From Desulfurobacteriaceae bacterium (lineage in GTDB: Bacteria; Aquificota; Aquificia; Desulfurobacteriales; Desulfurobacteriaceae): 64,000 bases of DNA. The notes beneath the pieces were generated by a model. It ran no database searches. It was not told where the DNA came from and saw only the letters and a list, made by a program, of their open reading frames with translations. Of this stretch, positions 56,978 through 64,000 are shown one piece after another (the first letter of the stretch is position 1; the number at the start of each line of letters is the position of its first letter). The translations under genes were made by a program, and so were the position numbers. Location: contig JAMOTD010000017.1 in NCBI GenBank assembly GCA_027068415.1, positions 3,074-67,073 on the forward strand, read 5' to 3'.

Positions 56978-57604
56978 GTGATGAAAGGTATCCTCGGTAG
57001 AAAAGTCGGTATGACTCAAGTCTTTACCGAAGACGGAAAGGCTATAGCCGTTACCGTTATAGAGGCCGGACCCTGTACCGTTGTTATGAAAAGGACTCCC
57101 GAGAGGGACGGCTACAGCGCCCTTCAGCTCGGCTTTATGGAGAAGAATAAGGCCGAGAGCAAGTTTCCCAAGCCTCTCCTCGGCCACTTTAAGAAGGCCG
57201 GTATTAAGCCCACGAGGTGGCTCAGGGAAGTTAAGTTTGACAACATTGAGCAGTACTCAATCGGAGACAAGATAACCGTAGATATCTTTAAGCCCGGTGA
57301 GAAGGTTGATGTAACCGGTACCTCAAAGGGTAGGGGATTTGCCGGCTACCACAAGAGGCACGGCTTCGGTGGTGGTAGGCGCTCCCACGGTTCAGACTTC
57401 CACGAGGGACCCGGTTCAATAGGGGCCTGTGCAGACCCCGGAAGGGTTCACAAAGGTAAGAGGATGGCCGGTCACTACGGAAACGAGACCGTGACGGTCA
57501 AGAACCTTGAGATTGTTGACGTTATCCCTGAGAGGAACCTCCTCCTTGTAAAGGGTGCCGTTCCCGGACACAAGGGAGGCCTCGTAATAGTTAAAGGAAA
57601 GTAA
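56978..57604 (+). CDS. rplC: 50S ribosomal protein L3
   Basis: [13 protein letters not shown]...[10 protein letters not shown]. The true start may be ATG 56981. Confidence 0.95.
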   Translation: MMKGILGRKVGMTQVFTEDGKAIAVTVIEAGPCTVVMKRTPERDGYSALQLGFMEKNKAESKFPKPLLGHFKKAGIKPTRWLREVKFDNIEQYSIGDKITVDIFKPGEKVDVTGTSKGRGFAGYHKRHGFGGGRRSHGSDFHEGPGSIGACADPGRVHKGKRMAGHYGNETVTVKNLEIVDVIPERNLLLVKGAVPGHKGGLVIVKGK

Positions 57605-57614
57605 GGGGTGAGAA

Positions 57615-58241
57615 ATGGAGATTAAGGTAGTAAACCTGCAGAACCAGGAAGCCGGTACTGTAGAGATAAAGGATGAGATTGCAAACGCTCCCATAAAGAA
57701 GCACGCAGTTTGGGAGACCGTTAAGTGGCAGCTTGCCAAGAGGAGAAGGGGAACCCACTCCACCAAGACCCGCGGCGAAGTAAGGGGAGGCGGAAGGAAG
57801 CCCTGGCCCCAGAAGCACACCGGTAGGGCAAGGCAGGGTTCAATCAGAGCTCCCCAGTGGGTCGGCGGCGGCGTAGTCCACGGCCCCAAGCCCAGGGACT
57901 ACTCCTACAACCTCCCCAAGAAGGTAAGGAAGGTTGCCCTTAAGAGCGTTATTGCCGGAAGGATTCAGGAGGGCAACTTCATCGTAGTTGAGGACTTCTC
58001 CTTTGAGAAGCCCAAGACTAAGCAGGCAGTTGAGTTCCTCAAGAACCTCGGCCTTGAGAACGCCAAAGTTCTCTTAGTAGTTCCTGCCGAGCTTGACGAG
58101 AACACTTATCTCTCATTCAGGAACCTTCCCAACGTTAAGGTTCTTCCCGTTGAGGGACTCAACGTTTACGACGTTCTCTGCTACGACAAGTGCGTAGTAT
58201 TTAAGTCAATCCTACCCAAAATAGAGGAGAGGCTGTCATGA
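57615..58241 (+). CDS. rplD: 50S ribosomal protein L4
   Basis: RRGTHSTKTRGEVRGGGRKPWPQKHTGRARQGSIRAPQW. Confidence 0.95.
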   Translation: MEIKVVNLQNQEAGTVEIKDEIANAPIKKHAVWETVKWQLAKRRRGTHSTKTRGEVRGGGRKPWPQKHTGRARQGSIRAPQWVGGGVVHGPKPRDYSYNLPKKVRKVALKSVIAGRIQEGNFIVVEDFSFEKPKTKQAVEFLKNLGLENAKVLLVVPAELDENTYLSFRNLPNVKVLPVEGLNVYDVLCYDKCVVFKSILPKIEERLS

Positions 58242-58561
58242 AAACTCCCTATGATATAATCCTGCGCCCTGTGATTACCGAGAAGAGCGTAAGGCTTGCG
58301 AACCTTGAGGTAAAGAGCTCCAAAACCAAGGAGCCCAAGAAGATTACAAAGGTAACCTTTGAAGTTGCAATGGACGCCACCAAGCCGGAAATCAAAGAGG
58401 CAGTTGAGAGGATTTTCGGCGTTAAGGTTGAGAAAGTTAACACCATGATAGTTAAGGGTAAGAGGAAGGGTATCAGGCTCTTCCGCGGTAGGAAGAAGGA
58501 CTGGAAGAAGGCCGTAGTTACCTTAAAGCCCGGCTACGAGATTGACCTTGAGAAACTCTAA
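58238..58561 (+). CDS. rplW: 50S ribosomal protein L23
   Basis: YDIILRPVITEKS...VTFEV...KPEIKEAVE..FGVKV.KVNT. Confidence 0.9.
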   Translation: MKTPYDIILRPVITEKSVRLANLEVKSSKTKEPKKITKVTFEVAMDATKPEIKEAVERIFGVKVEKVNTMIVKGKRKGIRLFRGRKKDWKKAVVTLKPGYEIDLEKL

Positions 58562-58578
58562 GGTAAGAGGAGTTAGAA

Positions 58579-59406
58579 ATGGGAATTAAGAGGTTTAAAC
58601 CATACACGCCTTCAAGGCGTTTTATGACGGTTTCAGACTTTGCGGAGATTACAAAGACCGAGCCCGAGAAGTCCCTTACCGTCGGCTTTGTAAGGGGAAC
58701 CGGCAGGAACAACCAGGGTAGGATTACCTGCCGCCACAAGGGTGGCGGACACAAGCGCCGCTACAGGATTATTGACTTTAGGCGCGATAAAATCGGCGTT
58801 CCTGCTAAAGTGGCCGCAATTGAGTACGACCCCAACCGCTCTGCGAGGATTGCTCTCTTAGTTTACGCCGACGGTGAGAAGCGCTACATCATCTGGCCCG
58901 AGGGGCTTAAGGTCGGCGATACCGTAGTTGCAGGCCCCGACGCCGAGATTAAGGTCGGAAACGCCCTTCCCCTCAGGAACATTCCCGTAGGTACAATCGT
59001 TCACAACGTTGAGCTTAAACCCGGTAAGGGCGGACAGCTTGCCCGTGCAGCCGGCTCCTTTGCCCAGATTATGGGTAAGGTCGGAGACTACGCACAGCTC
59101 AGGCTCCCCTCCGGAGAGCTCCGCCTCGTTCACCTTGACTGTATGGCTACAATCGGTCAGGTAGGAAACCTTGACCACGAGAACATCGTTCTCGGTAAGG
59201 CCGGCCGTTCAAGGTGGCTCGGCATCAGGCCGACAGTTCGCGGTACTGCAATGAACCCCGTTGACCACCCCCACGGTGGTGGTGAGGGTAGGACTTTCGG
59301 TAAGCACCCCGTTACTCCTTGGGGTCAGCCTACCAAAGGCTACAAGACGAGGCGCTCCAAGAAGTACTCCGATAAGTTCATCATTAAACGCCGTAATCAG
59401 AAGTAG
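58579..59406 (+). CDS. rplB: 50S ribosomal protein L2
   Basis: [38 protein letters not shown]. Confidence 0.95.
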   Translation: MGIKRFKPYTPSRRFMTVSDFAEITKTEPEKSLTVGFVRGTGRNNQGRITCRHKGGGHKRRYRIIDFRRDKIGVPAKVAAIEYDPNRSARIALLVYADGEKRYIIWPEGLKVGDTVVAGPDAEIKVGNALPLRNIPVGTIVHNVELKPGKGGQLARAAGSFAQIMGKVGDYAQLRLPSGELRLVHLDCMATIGQVGNLDHENIVLGKAGRSRWLGIRPTVRGTAMNPVDHPHGGGEGRTFGKHPVTPWGQPTKGYKTRRSKKYSDKFIIKRRNQK

Positions 59407-59415
59407 GAGGTTTAA

Positions 59416-59694
59416 ATGGGCCGTTCACTGAAAAAGGGTCCCTACGTGAACCCTAAGATACTCAAGAAAGTCCGTAAGATGAACGAGACCGGCGAGAAGA
59501 AGGTTATTAAGGTGTGGGATAGGGCATGTACAATAGTGCCCGAGTTTATTGGCCACACCTTTGCCGTTTACAACGGCCAGAAGTTCATTCCCGTTTACGT
59601 AACCGAGCAGATGGTCGGCCACAGGCTCGGAGAGTTCTCCCTTACCAGAACTTTCCGCGGCCACGCCGGACAGAAAGTTGCCAAGAAGAAGTAA
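59416..59694 (+). CDS. rpsS: 30S ribosomal protein S19
   Basis: [10 protein letters not shown]...[29 protein letters not shown]. Confidence 0.95.
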   Translation: MGRSLKKGPYVNPKILKKVRKMNETGEKKVIKVWDRACTIVPEFIGHTFAVYNGQKFIPVYVTEQMVGHRLGEFSLTRTFRGHAGQKVAKKK

Positions 59695-59707
59695 GGAGAG
59701 GTAGAAG

Positions 59708-60106
59708 ATGGCTGTTGAGCAGAGAGAGTACTACCAGCAGGGAGAAAGGGGCTTTGAGACCCCGGCCGAGGCAAGGGCTATCTGGAGAAGGGCTCGTATG
59801 TCTGCCTCTAAGGTTAGGCTCGTAGTTGACCTCATAAGGGGCAAGCACGTAGAGCAGGCCCTTGCGATTCTCCAGAACTCACCTAAGAAAGCTGCAAGAA
59901 TGGTTGAGAAAGTTTTAAAGAGCGCCATTGCAAACGCCGAGCAGAAAGGGCTTGACCCTGAAGAGCTCATCGTTAAGAGGGCTTACGTTGATGAAGGCCC
60001 GACCATGAAGAGGGTAAAGCCCAGGGCTATGGGTAGGGCCAACATCATTAGGCGCAGAACCTGCCACATCACCGTAGTGGTAGGAAAACCTGAAGCAAAA
60101 AAGTAA
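59708..60106 (+). CDS. rplV: 50S ribosomal protein L22
   Basis: [25 protein letters not shown]...[24 protein letters not shown]. Confidence 0.9.
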   Translation: MAVEQREYYQQGERGFETPAEARAIWRRARMSASKVRLVVDLIRGKHVEQALAILQNSPKKAARMVEKVLKSAIANAEQKGLDPEELIVKRAYVDEGPTMKRVKPRAMGRANIIRRRTCHITVVVGKPEAKK

Positions 60107-60120
60107 TTTGGGGGTAAACC

Positions 60121-60819
60121 TTGGGACAGAAAGTACATCCTATCGGATTTAGACTCGGAATTACTAAGGATTGGGAGTCTAAGTGGGTAGTTAAGGAGAA
60201 GGGGAAGTTCGTTAACTTCCTCCACGAGGACCTTAAAATCCGCGACCTTATCAAGAAAAAGTACTACCACGCCGGAATCGCCCGTATAGACATTGAGAGA
60301 ACCCTTGACAAGATTGACATCAGGATTTGGGCTGCCCGTCCCGGTCTCCTCATTGCGAGGAAGGGAGCCGAGGTAAAAGCTCTCAGAAGGTTCCTTGAGG
60401 AGCTTACTGGAAAGAGCGTCCGGATTAACATTGAGGAAGTTAAGTACCCTCAGCTTAACGCTCAGCTCGTTGCAGAGAACGTTGCCCAGCAGCTAGAGCG
60501 CCGTGTGGCGTTCAGGCGCGCCATGAAGAGGGTTATTGCAGACGCCATGAAGGCCGGCGCAAAGGGAATTAAGGTAATGTGTGCCGGGAGGCTCGGCGGT
60601 GCCGACATGGCCCGTAAAGAGTGGTACAGGGAAGGAAGGGTACCTTTGCAGACAATCCGCGCCGACATAGATTATGGCACTGCAATAGCCAAGACTAAGT
60701 ACGGTGTAATCGGCGTAAAGGTCTGGATTTACAAGGGTGACGTTTACAAGGACGAGACCGAGGAGCTCCTTAAGAAGATTGAGAAGGAAGTAAAACAAGA
60801 GATGGCGAGAGGTGAGTAG
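60121..60819 (+). CDS. rpsC: 30S ribosomal protein S3
   Basis: [20 protein letters not shown] domain, [13 protein letters not shown] start. Confidence 0.95.
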   Translation: MGQKVHPIGFRLGITKDWESKWVVKEKGKFVNFLHEDLKIRDLIKKKYYHAGIARIDIERTLDKIDIRIWAARPGLLIARKGAEVKALRRFLEELTGKSVRINIEEVKYPQLNAQLVAENVAQQLERRVAFRRAMKRVIADAMKAGAKGIKVMCAGRLGGADMARKEWYREGRVPLQTIRADIDYGTAIAKTKYGVIGVKVWIYKGDVYKDETEELLKKIEKEVKQEMARGE

Positions 60820-60821
60820 TC

Positions 60822-61250
60822 ATGTTAATGCCAAGGAGGACTAAGTACAGGAAGCAGCAGAGGGGTAGGCTGAAGGGTAAGGCCTACCGCGGAAACAGGC
60901 TTGCCTTCGGCGACTACGGAATTCAGGCCCTTGAGCCTCACTACGTTACCACCAACCAGATTGAGGCTGCAAGGGTTGCCATAACCAGGACGATGAAGAG
61001 GGGCGGTAAGGTCTGGATTAGGATTTTCCCCGACAAGCCCTACACCAAGAAGCCCCTTGAAACCCGTATGGGTAAAGGTAAGGGTAACGTTGAGACCTGG
61101 GTGGCAAAGGTCCTTCCCGGCAGGATTATGTTTGAGGTTGCCGGAGTTCCCGAAGACGTTGCAATGGAAGCCTTAAGGCTTGCTATCCATAAGCTCCCTA
61201 TGAAGTGCAGAATCGTTAAGAGGGAAGAAACTCCAGCTGGTGAGGAGTAA
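60822..61250 (+). CDS. rplP: 50S ribosomal protein L16
   Basis: [38 protein letters not shown]. Confidence 0.95.
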   Translation: MLMPRRTKYRKQQRGRLKGKAYRGNRLAFGDYGIQALEPHYVTTNQIEAARVAITRTMKRGGKVWIRIFPDKPYTKKPLETRMGKGKGNVETWVAKVLPGRIMFEVAGVPEDVAMEALRLAIHKLPMKCRIVKREETPAGEE

Positions 61251-61253
61251 ACG

Positions 61254-61454
61254 ATGAAAAAGTACACTGAAGAGCTCAGGAAGAAGTCAACTGAGGAGCT
61301 CCAGAAGATGGTAGTTGAGCTCAAAGAGAAGCTCCTCAAACTTCGCTTTAAGAACGCCTTTGGTCAGCTTGAAAACCCCATGGAAATCCGTAAGACCAGG
61401 CGTCAAATTGCCCGCATCTTAACCATACTTAGAGAGCGCGGCGTTAAGGCTTAA
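61254..61454 (+). CDS. rpmC: 50S ribosomal protein L29
   Basis: 66 aa, [10 protein letters not shown]...[24 protein letters not shown]. Position between rplP and rpsQ. Confidence 0.9.
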   Translation: MKKYTEELRKKSTEELQKMVVELKEKLLKLRFKNAFGQLENPMEIRKTRRQIARILTILRERGVKA

Positions 61455-61465
61455 CGGAGGAAGAT

Positions 61466-61756
61466 ATGGCAGAAAGGCTCAACAGAAGAAAGGTTAGGGT
61501 CGGCGTCGTAGTTAGCGATAAGATGGACAAGACCGTCGTCGTAAGGGTTACCAGGGAGTTCCGTCATCCCCTCTACGGTAAGAGGGTTAAGAAGTCCAAG
61601 AAGTACATGGCCCACGACGAGCTTAACCAGTGTCAGGTCGGCGACGTCGTAAAAATCATGGAGACCCGTCCCCTCTCAAGGCACAAGAGGTGGAGGGTCG
61701 TTGAAATTATTGAGAAGGCCAAGAAGCTCGGCGAAGCCGAGACTCCAGAGGAGTAA
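61466..61756 (+). CDS. rpsQ: 30S ribosomal protein S17
   Basis: [16 protein letters not shown]......[18 protein letters not shown]....VGD.V.I.ETRPLS..K. Confidence 0.95.
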   Translation: MAERLNRRKVRVGVVVSDKMDKTVVVRVTREFRHPLYGKRVKKSKKYMAHDELNQCQVGDVVKIMETRPLSRHKRWRVVEIIEKAKKLGEAETPEE

Positions 61757-61780
61757 ATCCTTTTGTAAAGGAGTGAGGAG

Positions 61781-62149
61781 ATGATTCAGGTTCAAACCTA
61801 CCTTAATGTTACCGATAACACGGGAGCAAAGAGGGTTCAGTGTATAAGGGTCCTCGGAGGCTCAAACAGGAAGTACGCCTCCCTCGGTGACCAGATAGTG
61901 GTTACCGTTAAGGACGCCATTCCCAACGCTACGGCCAAGAAGGGAGAGGTTTACAGGGCCGTAGTTGTCAGGACGAAGAAAGAGGTTAGGCGTCCCGACG
62001 GAACCTACATAAAATTTGACGACAATGCCTGCGTTCTCCTCAACAAGCAGGGAGAGCCCCTCGGAACCCGTATTCTCGGGCCCGTTGCGAGGGAGGCAAG
62101 GCAGAAAGGGTTCACAAAGATTACAACCCTTGCCCCTGAAGTTATTTAA
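61781..62149 (+). CDS. rplN: 50S ribosomal protein L14
   Basis: [25 protein letters not shown]. Confidence 0.95.
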   Translation: MIQVQTYLNVTDNTGAKRVQCIRVLGGSNRKYASLGDQIVVTVKDAIPNATAKKGEVYRAVVVRTKKEVRRPDGTYIKFDDNACVLLNKQGEPLGTRILGPVAREARQKGFTKITTLAPEVI

Positions 62150-62163
62150 GGAGGAAGCAGACT

Positions 62164-62517
62164 ATGGCGAAGAAAAAGTTCAAGATAAAGGCCGGCGATA
62201 AGGTTATGGTCATAGCCGGGAAGGACAAGGGAAAGGTCGGTAAGGTCCTTAAGGTCCTTCCCGAGGAAGAGAGGGTTATAGTTGAGGGCGTAAGGATTGT
62301 TAAGAAGCACCTTCGCCCCAGCCAGAAGTACCCCGAAGGGGGAATTATTGAGAGGGAGGCTCCCATTCACATCAGCAACGTAATGCTCGTTGACCCCAAG
62401 ACTGGCCAGCCTACGAGGGTCGGCATAAAGTTTGTTGACGGCAAGAAGGTTCGCTACGCAAAGAAGTCCGGCGAAGTAATTGATGAAATCAGCAAACCCC
62501 AGAAGGCGGGTCGGTAA
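62164..62517 (+). CDS. rplX: 50S ribosomal protein L24
   Basis: [27 protein letters not shown] motif; operon position. Confidence 0.9.
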   Translation: MAKKKFKIKAGDKVMVIAGKDKGKVGKVLKVLPEEERVIVEGVRIVKKHLRPSQKYPEGGIIEREAPIHISNVMLVDPKTGQPTRVGIKFVDGKKVRYAKKSGEVIDEISKPQKAGR

Positions 62518-62538
62518 TCCGCCCTTTAAGGAGGAGTT

Positions 62539-63096
62539 ATGGCAGAGGAGAAGTACGTTCCGAGGTTAAAGCAGAAGTACAAAGAGGAAGTAATTCCCGC
62601 CCTTATGAAGAAGTTCGGCTACAAGAACGTAATGGAAGTTCCCAAGATTGAGAAAATCGTGGTTAACATGGGTGTGGGCGAGGCCGTTCAGAACATTAAG
62701 GAGCTTGAGAACGCAATGAACGACCTTGCTCTCATCACCGGTCAGAAGCCTTCCGTTAGGAGGGCCAAGCGCTCAGAGGCGGGGTTTAAGCTCCGTAAGG
62801 GAATGCCCATCGGCGCCAAGGTTACCTTAAGGCGCGACAGAATGTGGGAATTCCTTGACAGGCTGATTTCAATTGCCCTTCCCAGGACGAGGGACTTTAA
62901 AGGTCTTTCCCCCAAGTCCTTTGACGGAAGGGGCAACTACAACTTCGGTCTTGAGGAGCAGACCGTCTTCCCCGAGATTGACTACGATAAAGTTGACAAA
63001 ATCAGGGGAATGAACATTACAATCGTTACAACCGCGGAGACCGACGAGGAGGCCAAGGCCCTCCTTGAAGCTCTCGGTTTCCCATTTAGGAAGTAA
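62539..63096 (+). CDS. rplE: 50S ribosomal protein L5
   Basis: [44 protein letters not shown]...[16 protein letters not shown]. Confidence 0.95.
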   Translation: MAEEKYVPRLKQKYKEEVIPALMKKFGYKNVMEVPKIEKIVVNMGVGEAVQNIKELENAMNDLALITGQKPSVRRAKRSEAGFKLRKGMPIGAKVTLRRDRMWEFLDRLISIALPRTRDFKGLSPKSFDGRGNYNFGLEEQTVFPEIDYDKVDKIRGMNITIVTTAETDEEAKALLEALGFPFRK

Positions 63097-63113
63097 TTAA
63101 TCAGGAGGAGTTT

Positions 63114-63299
63114 ATGGCAAGGAAAGCTCTGATTGTTAAAGCTCAGAAGGAGCCCAAGTACAAGGTAAGGAAGTACAACAGGTGTCCCCTCTGCGGTCGT
63201 CCGAGGGGGTACATAAGGGAGTTCGGAATGTGCAGGCTCTGTTTCAGGACCCTTGCACTTCAGGGTAAAATTCCCGGCCTTAAGAAGGCCAGCTGGTAA
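63114..63299 (+). CDS. rpsN: 30S ribosomal protein S14, zinc-binding type Z
   Basis: 61 aa with CPLCGR...CRLCFR Cys pairs. Confidence 0.9.
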   Translation: MARKALIVKAQKEPKYKVRKYNRCPLCGRPRGYIREFGMCRLCFRTLALQGKIPGLKKASW

Positions 63300-63325
63300 A
63301 AAACGGTAAGAGGGGTAGAGAAGCC

Positions 63326-63748
63326 ATGATGATGGATACTGTTTCCGATTTCCTCACGAGGATTAGGAACGCAAACCTCGTTTACAAGGAGTACACCGAC
63401 GCTCCATACTCTAAGGTTAACGAGGCTATTGCAAAAATCCTCAAGGAAGAGGGTTTTATAAAGGACTACGAGATTATTGAAGAGCCCTTTAAGAGGGCCA
63501 AGAACCCCGAGAACAAGAAGAAGTTAATCAGGGTTCACCTTAAGTACGGCCCCAACAAGGAGAGGGTTATTAACGAGATTAAGAGGGTTTCAAAGCCCGG
63601 TAGGAGGATTTACGTCGGTAAGGACGAGATTCCACTTGTTAAGGCCGGCCTTGGAGTGGCGATTCTCTCAACGAACAAGGGGATTATCCCCGGCTACAAG
63701 GCCAGGAGGCTCGGCGTAGGCGGAGAGGTTCTCTGCTACGTCTGGTAA
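63326..63748 (+). CDS. rpsH: 30S ribosomal protein S8
   Basis: [14 protein letters not shown]......V..P.SK....[15 protein letters not shown]...GGEVLCYVW. Confidence 0.95.
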   Translation: MMMDTVSDFLTRIRNANLVYKEYTDAPYSKVNEAIAKILKEEGFIKDYEIIEEPFKRAKNPENKKKLIRVHLKYGPNKERVINEIKRVSKPGRRIYVGKDEIPLVKAGLGVAILSTNKGIIPGYKARRLGVGGEVLCYVW

Positions 63749-63772
63749 AACCAACACAGAAGGAGTGGAAAG

Positions 63773-64000
63773 ATGTCAAGGATAGGAAGGCTTCCCGTTG
63801 AGATACCTCAGGGCGTAACTGTTGAGGTTAAGCCCGGAAACCACGTTGTCGTTAAGGGTCCTAAGGGGCAACTTGAGTTTACCTTCAACCCCAAGCTAAC
63901 AATTAAGGTTGAGGACAACAAGGTTATAGTTGAAAGGCCCAACGACGAGAAGCAGATGAGGGCTCTTCACGGAACGACGAGAGCTCTCATCAACAACATG
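63773..64000 (+). CDS. rplF: 50S ribosomal protein L6, 3' end outside the window
   Basis: Hand translation gives [44 protein letters not shown]. Expected position after rpsH. Confidence 0.9.
   Translation, partial: MSRIGRLPVEIPQGVTVEVKPGNHVVVKGPKGQLEFTFNPKLTIKVEDNKVIVERPNDEKQMRALHGTTRALINNM

Overview
This looks like a 64-kb chromosomal window from a thermophilic bacterium. The K/E/R-rich proteins, AGG/AGA arginine codons and strong GGAGG ribosome-binding sites suggest Aquificota, perhaps Desulfurobacteriaceae, but that is inference only. All calls come from reading the ORF translations and the DNA by eye; no searches were run.

Most of the window is housekeeping: carB, metE behind a cobalamin riboswitch, class I RNR (nrdA and nrdB, 16 kb apart), a two-subunit biotin carboxylase, aroC, infB, pnp, leuA, two tRNAs, and the str/S10/spc ribosomal operons (rpsL to rplF).

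Unusual content:
- A class III RNR operon (nrdG-nrdD) in which nrdD carries two LAGLIDADG inteins and is also split into two translationally coupled ORFs.
- An orphan module of a Cas1-like protein that has apparently lost its catalytic residues plus two tandem Cas2 genes. No CRISPR array or effector genes were seen. It lies next to an AT-rich 2-TM gene.
- A NYN/LabA-like gene interrupted exactly at an A_AAA_AAG -1 slippery heptamer, 10 nt upstream of nrdB.
- An AT-rich islet encoding a possible Nmad2-like protein.
- Two unannotated paralogous mini-membrane-peptide ORFs.
- An EAL-domain gene remnant.
- A Csd6/Csd4-like peptidoglycan-trimming pair.
- A Fap7/AK6-like kinase linked to rsmB and two HDOD genes.
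- A second TruD paralog.
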